DNA of 64,000 nt from Macrostomum lignano (taxonomy: Eukaryota), in contig NIVC01002203.1 of NCBI GenBank assembly GCA_002269645.1, positions 1 through 64,000 of the forward strand. Reading direction: 5' to 3'. Made by a program: the position numbers and the translations under genes. Positions 29,938 to 48,734 of this stretch are shown here, piece after piece. The notes below the pieces were generated by a model, which was not told where the DNA came from, searched no databases, and saw only the letters and a program-made list of their open reading frames with translations. The stretch's first letter is position 1. Every line of letters starts with the position of its first letter.

Positions 29938-30169
29938 GTTAGAGGGCAATTTTAAATTAACTTCAGTGATCTCCAGAAGAGGAAGAAAAGTCAAACCAGC
30001 ATCACGTGACCACTTTACGAAATTGCATGCGTATACGTGTATTTATTTACATAGCTTTGCCAAACTGCCGCAAGAGAAGGACAAATAGCAATATAGAATC
30101 AATAATAACTAAATCCTTGCAACAGTTACAGCGCATTCAACTGACATTTTTGCCAGTTGCGGTCCAGGC

Positions 30170-33100
30170 TCACACGAAGCTGCTAGTCAGGTAGGGACTG
30201 CCATAGACATAGCCGCCGCTGCTGCCCAGAGTCCGATGCTGCAGCTGGTGCGCCTGCGGCGGCTGCATTGCAGCCAGCGACATGGACGTCGACATTGTCG
30301 GAGCGGCCGCCGCGTTTGCTGCCGGCGTCGCTGACGCAGCTGTCGGTTCGGCTGACGTGGTCGCCATTGTCGGCACCGTCGTCGATTTCGTCGTCCCTCG
30401 ACGCTGCGCCGGCTCGGTGGACGGCGGCCGGGCCAGCGATTTGTAGCCGCCTTTGGCGTCGACGCTCCAACTGGCGTTGAGCGGCGTCGCCCCCGCCGCC
30501 GGCGCGCAGGTGCCGGTGAGCACCTGGTAGTCTCCCGCGGCCGGCTGCCGACTGCGCTGGCGACCCACCCGCTGCACGGTGCCACCGCAGTCAGCCAGTG
30601 TCTGGCAGCGCGCGTCTGCGAGATTTAGTTGCCAAGGGGTTGGGTTTGGGCAGAGCATGATAATAAGGCCTCACTAGCTAGCCTGCAGGGCCTTGCGACT
30701 TAGGAGTTTCAAAAATAGCTCAAAGTTGGCCACAGCTTCTGAAGCTGAGCGAGTGTCTGGTGTCGTGGAAAGTTCTGGTTGGAAAACCCATTGAAAACCC
30801 AAAAGTTTATCTGCCATTTTTTATAATTTACGGGTAACATTCTTGCACCTCCATTTTCTGATTGTTGCGAGGTCGCCTGACAAGGCACCTTTCAAAAGTC
30901 TGTCCAGCTCCCTTTCTTTGCCTCTCCCTCCCTCTCTCTCCCTCTCTCCCTCTCTCACTCTCTCCCTCTCTCCCTCTCCCTCCCCCTCTCTCCATCTTTC
31001 CATCTCTCCATCTGTCCCTCTTTCTATCCATCTCTTCCTTTCTCCCCCTCTCTCCCTCTCTCCCTCTCTGTCTTTCTCTTTCTCTCTTTCTCCCCCTTCG
31101 TCCCTTTCTCTCCCTCTCCCTCTCTCCCTTCCTCTCTCTCTCCCTCTCTCCCTTCCTTTCTCTCCCTCTCTCTCTCTCGCATTGTCCCTTTCTCTCCTTC
31201 TCCCTCTCTCCCCCTCTCCCCCTCTCCCCCTCATTCCCTGTCCCTCTCTCCCTCTCACCCTTTTTCCCTCTCTCCATCTTTCCATCTCTCCATCTGTCCC
31301 TCTTTCCCATCCATCTCTTCCTTTCTCCCCCTTTCTCCCTCTCTCTTTCTCTGTCTTTCTATCTCTCCCTTACTCCCCCTTTGTTCCTTTCTTTCCCTCT
31401 CCCACTCTCCCTCTTCTCTCTCCCTCTTTCTCCCTCTCGCTTTGTCCCTTTCTCTCCCTCCCTCTCTACCTCTCTCTCTCTCACTCTCTCCCTCTCACCC
31501 TTTTCCCTCTCTCCATCTTTCCATCTCTCCATCTGTCCCTCTTTCTCATCCATATCTTCCTTTCTCTTCCTTTCTCTCCCTCTCTCCCTCTCCCTCTCTC
31601 CATCTCTTCCTTTCTCTTCCTTTATCCCCCTCTCTCCCCCTTTCTTCCTCTTTCATCTAGATCATAAAGCCATCATACTTCTGGATAGCCAAGTGGATCA
31701 AACAACAGGGACCGCTGATCCGTGGGCATGACACACACAGGGGCTTAGTGTACCATCAGTTCTAACTTGTTATCGTCAGGTAGTGTATACACGTTCTGTT
31801 GCTTTGGAGCTGACCCTCACGGGCGGTATTGGCACAAGATATGGGTCGAACCCGGATGTGGAATCGAACCCGGATGTGGAATCGAACCCGGATGTGGAAT
31901 CGAACCCGGATGTGGAATCGAACCCGGATGTGGAATCGAACCCGGATGTGGAATCGAACCCGGATGTGGAATCGAACCCGGATGTGGAATCGAACCCGGA
32001 TGTGGAATCGAACCCGGATGTGGAATCAAACCCGGATGTGGAATCGAACCCGGATGTGGAATCGAACCCGGATGTGGAATCGAACCCGGATGTGGAATCG
32101 AACCTGGAGGAGTTTTGGCGGCACTTCAACCATTCATCAATGGCGCATGTTATTCCAATTCCAATGCTCACCAAACGCAGCCAGTCGAGCAATAGTGTCC
32201 CGGTCTGCAGTGTAGTGAGACTCCTGAACTGCTGCAGTTGCCTGTTGAACAAAAAGTTAGTATTGGGTACTCTGCACAGCTGTCAATCAAACGAACGATC
32301 ATCTTCGTGGGTGACTGCCCGCTCTGTTCCCTACTTAAAACAGCTTTTTTTAGGAATTCATTACTAAACCGTCTTCTCAAGAACAAACTTCCCTAATGTT
32401 AGCAGATTTCATTCTAGTTCGATGGGGGGGATTGTTTACTTAGAAAGCACCACTACAATTTGTGAGTAGTGGAGAATTGACTGACTGCAATAGCTAGAAA
32501 ATTATATCCGTTAAACCATCTGTATTACTTTTCATTAGTAGTTATTGATTGATGCAATACGCTCGTATATATAATCGACATATAATCGACATGTTTGGCC
32601 ACAGACTGTTTAGAGTGGAGTGGGGTGGGTGTGGCAGGGGTAGGGGTATAGGAATGTAGTGATGTACATGCTTGGCCACAGACTGTTTAGAGTGGAGTGG
32701 GGTGGGTGTGGCAGGGGTAGGGGTATAGGAATGTAGTGATGTACATGCTTGGCCACAGACTGTTTAGAGTGGAGTGGGGTGGGTGTGGCAGGGGTAGGGG
32801 TATAGGAATGTAGTGATGTACAAGCTTGGCCACAGACTGTTTAGAGTGGAGTGGGGTGGGTGTGGCAGGGTTAGGGGTATAGGAATGTAGTGATGTACAT
32901 GCTTGGCCACAGACTGTTTAGAGTGGAGTGGGGTGGGTGTGGCAGGGGGAGTGGGTGGGTGTGGCAGGGGTAGTGGTATAGGAATGTAGTGATGTACAAG
33001 CTTGGCCACAGACTGTTTAGAGTGGAGTGGGTGGGTGTGGCAGGGGTAGGAGTATAGGAATGTAGTGATGTACAAGCTTGGCCACAGACTATTAGCGGAT

Positions 33101-34055
33101 GAGGGCAAAGTGAGGTGGGGTATGTGGGAACGTTTATGCCTGACGAAACAGCACACCGTTAGGAGTAAAGTGTGCCAACTCACCTCGTTCGCAGACTTAA
33201 TCGGCATCGGATGCGAGATGAGGCTATCACCAGCCGCCAGTCCGCAGGTACCGCCGCTGCCGCCGCGCAACCAGCCTGCAGCTGTCGAACGTCGCAGTCG
33301 TTTGCCGCTGCCGCTCCCGTTGCCAAGGGAGACTCTGGATAGCCAGGCTGGAAGTGCAATAAAAATCAGATTAGAATTTGCAGAATGCTACTCTGAGTAG
33401 GAAAGCGATAAAAAAATTCGCTTATTGGTGCTCTGCCAAGGGGCCGTGTACAGCTGGCACAGGGAGGGGGTCACATGTCATCACGGCAGGTTGAATAGCT
33501 TAATTTTCCACTTGCTCATGGTGGCTGCCTCGAGGGGCTTTGAAAGCCACATTTGCATCTGTGTCTCTATCTGGAGTGCCTATGTACATATACATAAATA
33601 TATGACAGACTTGACAGCCTACCAGAGCTTCTACTGCCAGTCCCGTCCAAGCCGCGAAGGTCGTCAGCGACCATCGTCCCAGCAGCAGCCGCCGACGAGC
33701 GACGGGGCGACTTGCGCAGCTGCAAGTAGTAGCAGAAATAGCCAGCCAGAGTCACCGCGCACAGCAGCACCAGGAAGGACACGGCCACGCACACGGTCAC
33801 CACGATCAAGTCGCGAGCTCCACCGTCTCCAACAGGGCCGCCGCCGTCACCGTCGGGTGTCCCTGACAGCAGCGAGGTGCCACGCGGCCTGGTGTCGGTG
33901 AAGTTGATGAGAAGACGCGCCGACGAGCGTAGAGACGGCTGGCCCCTGTCGAGGGCCTCGACGCTCAAGGCACAGAGGCCGGACGAGTGCGGCGGCGGGC
34001 GCACCAGCAGCAGACGGCCGGTGTCCGACTCCAGGCTAAATTGGCCGGGAGGGCA

Positions 34056-34089
<34 letters not shown>

Positions 34090-36475
34090 GCTGCTGAGAC
34101 GATGCGAAACTCAATGCTGCCATTTTCGCCATCGTCGGGATCGACCGCGGACAGTCGAGCAACGCCGGCGCCGGGACGTTCGCGTGCGCTGACGTTCACG
34201 ACGGCCTCGAGAGCGTCAGCGGCGGCTGGCGGGAATACGAAGCTTGGCGCGTTGTCGTTGACATCTTCGACATCGATTTCAACGACTGTCTGGGCGGCCA
34301 TAGGGGGTCGGCCATGGTCGCGGGCCACCACTCGGAAGCGGTGGCGGCTGCGGCGCTCCCGGTCGAGTTCGCCGAGCAGCAGCAGCTCGCCGGCGCCGGT
34401 GACGCGAAAGGCGGCCGCTCCCGCCGACTCTTCCGAAGTCGTCGCCGGCAGCAGGGCGAAGGACAGACGGCCGTTCTCACCTGCGTCCGCGTCAGTAGCA
34501 ACGATCTGGCCGACAGCGAAGCCCGGCCGTGCGGCTTCGGATACGCTGAAGCGCCGGACACCGTCGGGCGCGCCCGGCTGCTGCGGGAACACCGGCACGC
34601 AGTCATTGACGTCGTCGACATCGATGCGAACAGTGGCGACCGCGGTGAGCTCCGGTTTGGCCGCGTCGGTGGCCAGCAGGTGGCAGCGGAGGCTGGCGTT
34701 CTGCTCCCGATCCAGCGGCGCCAAGGTGTACAGGCTGCCATTTCTCAGGCCGACGCCGATGAGGCTGTCGCAGGGCGGAGGCACCGAGTACAGCGTCTCG
34801 GCCGCCTCGTCCGGGTCGCGGGCCTCGGCTCGGCCGATCGAGGCGCCGGCGGCCAAATTCTCGGGCAGGCGGAAGGCGAACTCGGCGCCGGTTGGAAAGG
34901 CCGGCGGGCTGTCGTTTTGGTCGAGGACGCGGACGGTGAACCGGCGCTCGGCGCGGAGGCCGCCCGTGTCGGCACAGGAGATCCACAGGCGGTGCTCGGC
35001 GACCTCTTCGCGGTCGAGCGGCCGGCGACTGCGCAGTAGCAGGCGGAGAGTTTCACTGCTCGATGACGAGGCCTTGACGACAGCGGGCTCAGGCATCAGC
35101 TCGAACGAGTCGGTGCGATTAAGAAACCCGGCCAGGTCGCAGTCCGGCGGCGGCTGGTGGCGGCTGTCCCGGTCACGGTCGGTAACGAGAAGAAAGCCGA
35201 TGAGCTTTGGCGGGTGGTTCTCGGGCAGGGAGAGGCCCAGGCCGTTGGGTGAGGTGGATACGACTTCGATGCTGGGCGGGTTGTCGTTCACGTCTAACAC
35301 CTGCGGGTTGATGGGCTCTTTTCTGAGTGACAGCCTTTGTCAGAGTGACAGGCTACCGGAGTGACATGCTTTTAGAGTGACAGGCTTCCAGAGTGATAGG
35401 CTTCCAGAGTGATAGGCTTCCAGAGTAACAGGCTTTCAGAGTGACAGGTTTTCAGAGTGACAGGCTTCCAGAGTGACAGGCTTTCGGAATGTCCCGCTTT
35501 CAGAGTGACCGGCTTTCAGAGAGTGACAGGCTTTCAGAGCGATGTGCACTTACAACTGCCAACTGACCTTAACAGTGAGGCTCATAGACGCTGTTCTGGG
35601 CTTCGGGCTGTGGTTGTCGCTGACCAAAACCTCAAAGCGGTACTCCTGCCTGGCCTCGGCGTCCAGCAGCTGCTGCAGGTGGATCTCCCCGCTGACGGGA
35701 TCGATGCGGAACGGCAGCGGCTGTTGTGGCGACTCCGAGCTGCGCAGGCTGTAGCTGAGGTGCCCGGCGGATCTGTAGTCCCTGTCGATGGCGCGGGCGC
35801 GGTACAGCAGGGAGTGCAGCGAGGCGTTCTCCTTGACCTGTGCGGCGAAGGGGTCGGACTATGGCACTGCACTACTCTTCATCTAGTAGGCTGCGCGCGT
35901 TTTATCAGCTAAATTTGCTGAATTTAAATTTAACTTTTTCCTGCAATATGCGCATCAGCTACTCAGATTCATAGTCTATGGCCTACAGCACTTAGAGCTA
36001 GATGGAGCTTTTACCTGTAAGAAACTTGAGAACCATTGATATCCCTAGAAAATAAGGGGATCTTAAGTTACAGGTAAATTACTTAAGTAGAGACTAATTT
36101 AGAAAGCAGGTTCTTTTGCTGGCTCATCTCTTCTCTTCTAGAAGAAACTTGCTTTCCCAACCAAAAGCGTGGGCAGGGCAGAGAGGAGACAAAGACAGGC
36201 AGACAGGCAGGCAGAAGGCAGCCCCGGTCCCGACCATCGCATTGTCGTGCTGTGTCAGCTCGAATTTCCCCGAGCCAAGGGAGACACGACGGGAGGAGGC
36301 CGACTTCTCACGGGGGAGAGAATCGAGGGGATCTCATGCAGCCCGATCCCTGCCGGCTTTGAAAAGAAGAACTAGAAGATCCGGATTGGGAGGGGTTGAC
36401 GCTGACCTGAGTGAGGCCCGGCTGCTCTCTCTGCCTTAACCAGCGGACTGTGCTCTGTGATATATCTGTCTTGTG

Positions 36476-36558
<83 letters not shown>

Positions 36559-36646
36559 TAATCAACCAATCAATCAATCAACCAATCAATCAATCAACCA
36601 ATCAACCAATCAACCAATCAACCAATCAACCAATCAACCAATCAAC

Positions 36647-36695
<49 letters not shown>

Positions 36696-37549
36696 CTTAC
36701 CGGGATAATCTGAACCCGGGACGCGGGCTCGAACTCGGGATCAAAGTCGTTGGTGTTCTCCACGCTCACCAGGACCGTCAGGTTGCCGCCCGCCAACGGC
36801 GGCTCGCCCTCGTCGCTGGCCTGCACCAGCAGGGCAAAGCCTTCGCCCAGCATGGCGGCGGGGCCGTCGCCCTCCTCCTCGAGGTCGAGCTCGCGGACGG
36901 CGCGCAGGACGGGGACTCGAGAGCCGGAGTCCTCGCCAAGGCCGGCCGGATCGGTGAGGATCTCTTCGTCCAGGACAAACAGCGGCGAATGGCTCAGCAG
37001 GGCGTACCGGACGGTGCCGTTGCGTCCGGCGTCCGGGTCGACGGCGAGCGGCAGGCGCAGTCGCTCGGGGCTGTCGTGCTCGCGCAGTCGCCACCGCTGC
37101 ACCCGAGCCGACGCCGGGAATTCTGGCGCGTTATCGTTGACGTCCCCGACGCTGACGATGAGGTCGAGTAGACGGATGTCCGAGCCGGCGGGCCCGGCCG
37201 GCCTGAAAGTGGCCGTCAGCTCCAGCTGGCAGGGGCCGCGGCGCCGGCAGTGACGAATGGACTCGCGGTCGAGCCTCTCGGCGAGGGTCAGCTGGCCGCT
37301 GGCGGCGTCGAGGGCGAATCGACGGCGAGAGTCGACGCCGCCGCCGGAGAGCAGCTGGAATTGGGCCGGCAGCTCGTGCGGCTGCCTTGGCGTTGACCGA
37401 CGCGACACGAGCTTCTCGGCGAGGTCGCAGACGAGTGCACCGGCTGGGAGCTCCTCGCGCACGCTGCAGTGATGCCGCTCGGCGCCGGCTGGGTGGCGGC
37501 AGAGCCAACTGACGCAGAGGACAATGGCTAGAAAGAGGCGAGCGGGCAT
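30170..37549 (-). CDS. Protocadherin with 7 cadherin repeats (delta-protocadherin-like architecture), ~1158 aa
   Basis: Phase-compatible exons 37549-36701, 35837-35568, 35300-33623, 33347-33184, 32241-32172 and 30615-30170 (3477 nt = 1159 codons). Signal peptide MPARLFLAIVLCVSWLC; repeated PE, LDRE, DxD and DVNDNxP motifs; TM LIVVTVCVAVSFLVLLCAVTLAGYFCYYL; low-complexity cytoplasmic tail. Confidence 0.85.
30895..31660. repeat. CT-rich low-complexity tract with internal duplications
   Basis: Direct reading. Confidence 0.85.
31846..32104 (-). repeat. 18-bp minisatellite, 14 units, each containing GGTTCGATTCC on the minus strand
   Basis: Unit tcgaacccggatgtggaa; one variant at ~32027. Confidence 0.95.
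32595..33090. repeat. ~77-bp G-tract-rich minisatellite, ~6 units
   Basis: Unit ttggccacagactgtttagagtggagtggggtgggtgtggcaggggtaggggtataggaatgtagtgatgtacatgc. Confidence 0.9.
33623..35300 (-). CDS. Protocadherin exon 3 (EC4-EC7, TM)
   Basis: ORF 33567-35300; cccgcag|GTG ... TCTG|gtaggc. Confidence 0.92.
35325..36693. repeat. Intronic 16-bp cagagtgacaggcttt array (35325-35538) and (ATCA)n (36475-36693)
   Basis: Direct reading. Confidence 0.88.
35568..35837 (-). CDS. Protocadherin exon 2 (EC3: VKENASLHSLLYRARAIDRD...SLTVK)
   Basis: gcacag|GTC ... GTTAAG|gtcagt; phase 0/0; missed by the ORF track. Confidence 0.88.
36701..37549 (-). CDS. Protocadherin exon 1 (signal peptide, EC1-EC2)
   Basis: ORF 36686-37549; donor CCG|gtaagt. 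Confidence 0.92.
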
Positions 37550-37669
37550 CTCAGCTTCTGGCCCGGCTGCTGCTGATGAAGTTTTCTGTGAGAAGGGGCG
37601 GCTTGATATTAATGTTGCGGAACCTTCAGAGAAGTTTCGGTTTGGTGTCCGCAGGTGTTACCAGCGTCA

Positions 37670-44665
<6,996 letters not shown>

Positions 44666-45388
44666 TGCAGAACCATGGCGCAGGAACTGATTCTGGGCTT
44701 AGGCCTGCATCAAAGTCGATCTGGCCCTCACCAATCGCAGGTACATATACCTGGCGGCTTTATGCAGAAACTGATCCCCTCTACGCCGCATGCCCTGCAG
44801 CTACAACAGGCGGCTTGACACCCTGGCGTACAGGCAGATAATGACTCCTGACTGTGCCTGATAATTGACAGCTTCAGGCCAGGGCGCTGGGGGTGCGAAA
44901 ATCCACAACTTGTCGGATCGAGGAGGGGGTGGGGTTCGGCAGTCGGGTGGGATTCGCGGTTTCCTTGATTCTCTCCTAGCGCTCGGTTGACCTCCGCTGA
45001 CTTCGACGCCGATGAAAAAAACGAAAGAAAATTTCCTGACACACACAAACTGCTTCGCGGAGGTGGCTATTATAAACAAACGGTTCGAATGCAGTTCCGC
45101 AAACATATCGGGAGGAACAAATCTCTATGTTTCTCCATTTTTAGGCAACGGATTAAACTCGCCAGATTGTAATTTGCCTTTGTTTTGGCCAGAAAACATG
45201 CAGAATATTTCTAACTAACAGTGGGTAATGAAAACTGAAATTAAACACAATCAATCGCTTGCCCGTCAGTCAAATTTAAGTCAAAGTCAAGCGTCAAAAA
45301 TCGATCAATATTAAGTTAGCTGGATCTTAAGCTGGCATTCCTACTGCTTAGTAACAAGTTGCAGACATTAACGGTTTTTTTACTGTGC

Positions 45389-45796
45389 GATACTGCCATT
45401 ATTTGACTGCCCGCGGTGAAGCTTCAGGTTAAGGGTTTAGGTTAGGAATTAGTGGCTTTAGGGTCTAGGTTTTTAAGGTTTTTTAAGGTTAGGGTTTTAG
45501 GGTTTCTACGAGTAGTTTTTGGGGCTTTTAGGGTTTTAGGGTTCCAGGTTAGGGTTTAGGCTTTTTAGGGTTTTCAGGGTTTTAGGGTTTTTATGGTTTT
45601 AGGGGTTTAGGTTAGCTTGGGGTTTTTTATGGTTTTAGGGTTTTAGGTTAGCTTGGGGTTTTTAGGTTTTTTAGGGTTAGGGTTTTTGGATTTTAGGGGA
45701 CAGGGTAGGGTTCGGGCTTTAGGGTTAGGGTTTAAGGTTAGGGTAGGGTTAGGGTCTACAGTCAAACTGCTGACAGTAGTCGGCTGTCGTAGACCC
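45389..45796. mobile_element. Putative non-autonomous element with a degenerate TTAGGG-like core
   Basis: Imperfect inverted repeats gatactgccattatttgactg / cagtcaaactgctgacagtagtc flank ~330 bp of TTAGGG/TTTTAGGG-like repeats. 3' inverted pair gggtctac (45752-45759) / gtagaccc (45789-45796). No TSD established. Confidence 0.45.
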
Positions 45797-47106
45797 TTTT
45801 TTCTGTTTGATAATCAACTATGAGTATAATATTGACAATAGTATATCGTAATTAACTACAATCTAACATGTAATAGCGTTTTTATTGCGGATTTATTTAC
45901 ATCTCGTATGTCTCGTCGTCTAGTGGCAGTTGCATGGCAGGTTTTCGCCGAAAAATTAATACACTACGGAGACAGGAAGTTTTTCTTTTTTCGGCACAAA
46001 AAATTGTTATTGCTTTCGATAGGAGGCAGACTCAAGGTTTATCTTTTGATAATTTGTAACTTTCTTATTGCTCTATTAATTTAATATTCATAAAAATGAA
46101 AACTTCCTATCTCAGTAGTGTATTTTTCAGCGAAAACCAGCCTCCTTAGCGCTTAGTTTCCAGTCCTTCTAGTCCTTGATCCAGCTATGTACTCATGCAG
46201 CTTTCACTTTAAACTGCTCTGTCTCTCAAATCAATATATGACTTGCTTTTGTCCATAGACTTCTGCAGGGTAAAGACTTTAGCAGCCCCTCCCTCCCTCT
46301 GCTTCACAGTCGCACTTGGTCTCCGCTCTAACAAGCCTCATTCCCACTTACTGTCAGTTATAGCCAGGTGTCTCAAAGACTGCACCTCCTTGATCAGTGT
46401 TCAGACTTCTCTTTTCCTTGTCTTGTTCTCTTACCATCCTCTCCCTTTGTCTTCTTTCACTACCGTTCCCCTTTACCTCTTCGTAGCCATGGGGCACCAT
46501 TGGTTGTATTGGTCCTTGACGACTCCATCAATTTTTAACAGATGCGCGATACATACTACTTACTGTTCAATGAACAAGTAGATTGGAATTTTCATTAGCA
46601 TTTACCCAGTAAAATGAAATAAGAAACGCGGTGCAACACACTACTCGCAATTGGCATTCAACAGTCCAACTAACAGACCGAGAAGCATAATTACTAACAA
46701 ACGACTCCTTGAAACAACACAAGGTTATGCGAGTTCAATTTTTTTGTTTTATTTTTCTCAATTTTTATTCGACAAACTAACAGCTGACAAAAGACAAGAG
46801 GGAGGGAACAAGTCCGACGGCTTATTAAATGTCTTGTTCACCATCATCATATCGGGATGCATAAAAATATGGCTTGTCCAGATGGGAATATGCTATTATT
46901 TATCGATTGCTAACTACTGTTTGAAGTTTAAAACATCGAAGGTGCTACACGGGGTCAGAGTGGAGTTACACACCGCATCCTGTCTCGCTGCGTGCCCAGG
47001 TTTCCTTTGCAGTTTGCTGCTCAAACCGACTGAAAATAAAATGGATTGGGCATTAACTGGCTGCACTGCTGCCTTCGCTTGTGAAAAACGGAATTCCCGC
47101 ACAATA

Positions 47107-47730
<624 letters not shown>

Positions 47731-48017
47731 CATGTCCTAGTGATTGCCTCCTTATCTTTAAATAAAACAAATATTGGCAGGAGGGCTGTCGGCACCTGGC
47801 ACAATGCGCTGACTGCAATTCTGCCCATTGCGCTGATTCCTGAGCACAACACACAAGCGCGCCAATACTGTACACAGACACACGCTCACACAGGGAGTAC
47901 AGCGGCCCTGGTTTTCTTATCGACAGGCAACTCCCTCCGGACCAATTTGTTTTTCTCCACACAAGAATCGAACCAGGGGTGCTAACCCGACCGCTAAAGC
48001 CCCGCCCGAGCGCTCAC

Positions 48018-48605
48018 CTGGAAATAGTCCTTGCTCTTGACCGGGTCCGGTTTCATAGTCTTGGCGCCGGGCTTCCAGTTGGCCGGGCAGACTTCGCCGT
48101 GCTTGTCGGTGAACTGGAAGGCCTGCACCAGACGGAAAGTCTCGTCAACGGACCGTCCAACAGGCAGGTCGTTGATTGTGATCTGCCTGAGCTGGCCCTT
48201 CTCGTTGATGATGAACAGGCCGCGGAAGGCGATGCCCTCGTCGCCTTTGAGCACACCGTAGGCGCGGCTAATCGCGTGAGACGGATCGGCGAGCAGCGGC
48301 ATGTTGAGCCGGCCGAGTCCGCCGTCCTTGCGAGCCGTGTTGGTCCAGGCCAGGTGGACAAAGTGAGTGTCGGTGCTGCAGGCCACCAGTTCGCAGTTGG
48401 CCTTGCGAAAGTCTTCGGCCCGATCGCTGAAGGCGATGATCTCGGTGGGGCAGACAAAGGTGAAGTCGGCCGGATAGAAGAACAGCACAACATATTTGCC
48501 GCGATAGTTGGCCAGGCTGATGTCGGCGAACGACTGGTCGGGCATGACGGCTTTGCCGGCAAAGTCGGGCGCCTGGCAGCCTGGCAACAGTTGCTGGGCG
48601 GACAT
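48018..48605 (-). CDS. Typical 2-Cys peroxiredoxin (Prx1/AhpC-TSA class)
   Basis: Peroxidatic [14 protein letters not shown], resolving [12 protein letters not shown] motif. Likely start MSAQQLLPG at 48605. Donor-like CAG|gtgagc at 48018, so the last few codons are either in an unlocated exon or read through to the stop at 47994. Confidence 0.92.
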
Positions 48606-48734
48606 CTGGTCGGGCTTGTTAGCTAGCTGGGATGGATGGGGCGGGTTGTACATCAGATTAGTATTGACGGACTTATTCATTCAAAGTTTACTGGATTGCC
48701 ACTTGGTAACTGCGGCGGCTGTTAAGTCTGGCAG

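Noticed and set aside
28548-29994. Long His/Pro-rich and Gly/Trp-rich ORFs (also 30843-31731, 38657-40048, 47021-47985, 51979-52616, 62419-63016)
   Set aside because: These are translations of minisatellites or microsatellites, open in several frames, with no splice or domain support.
33877-37508. Long plus-strand ORFs (495, 241, 232 and 167 aa)
   Set aside because: They are antisense shadows of the GC-rich protocadherin exons. The same applies to ORFs antisense to the peroxiredoxin, the cystatin and the RT.
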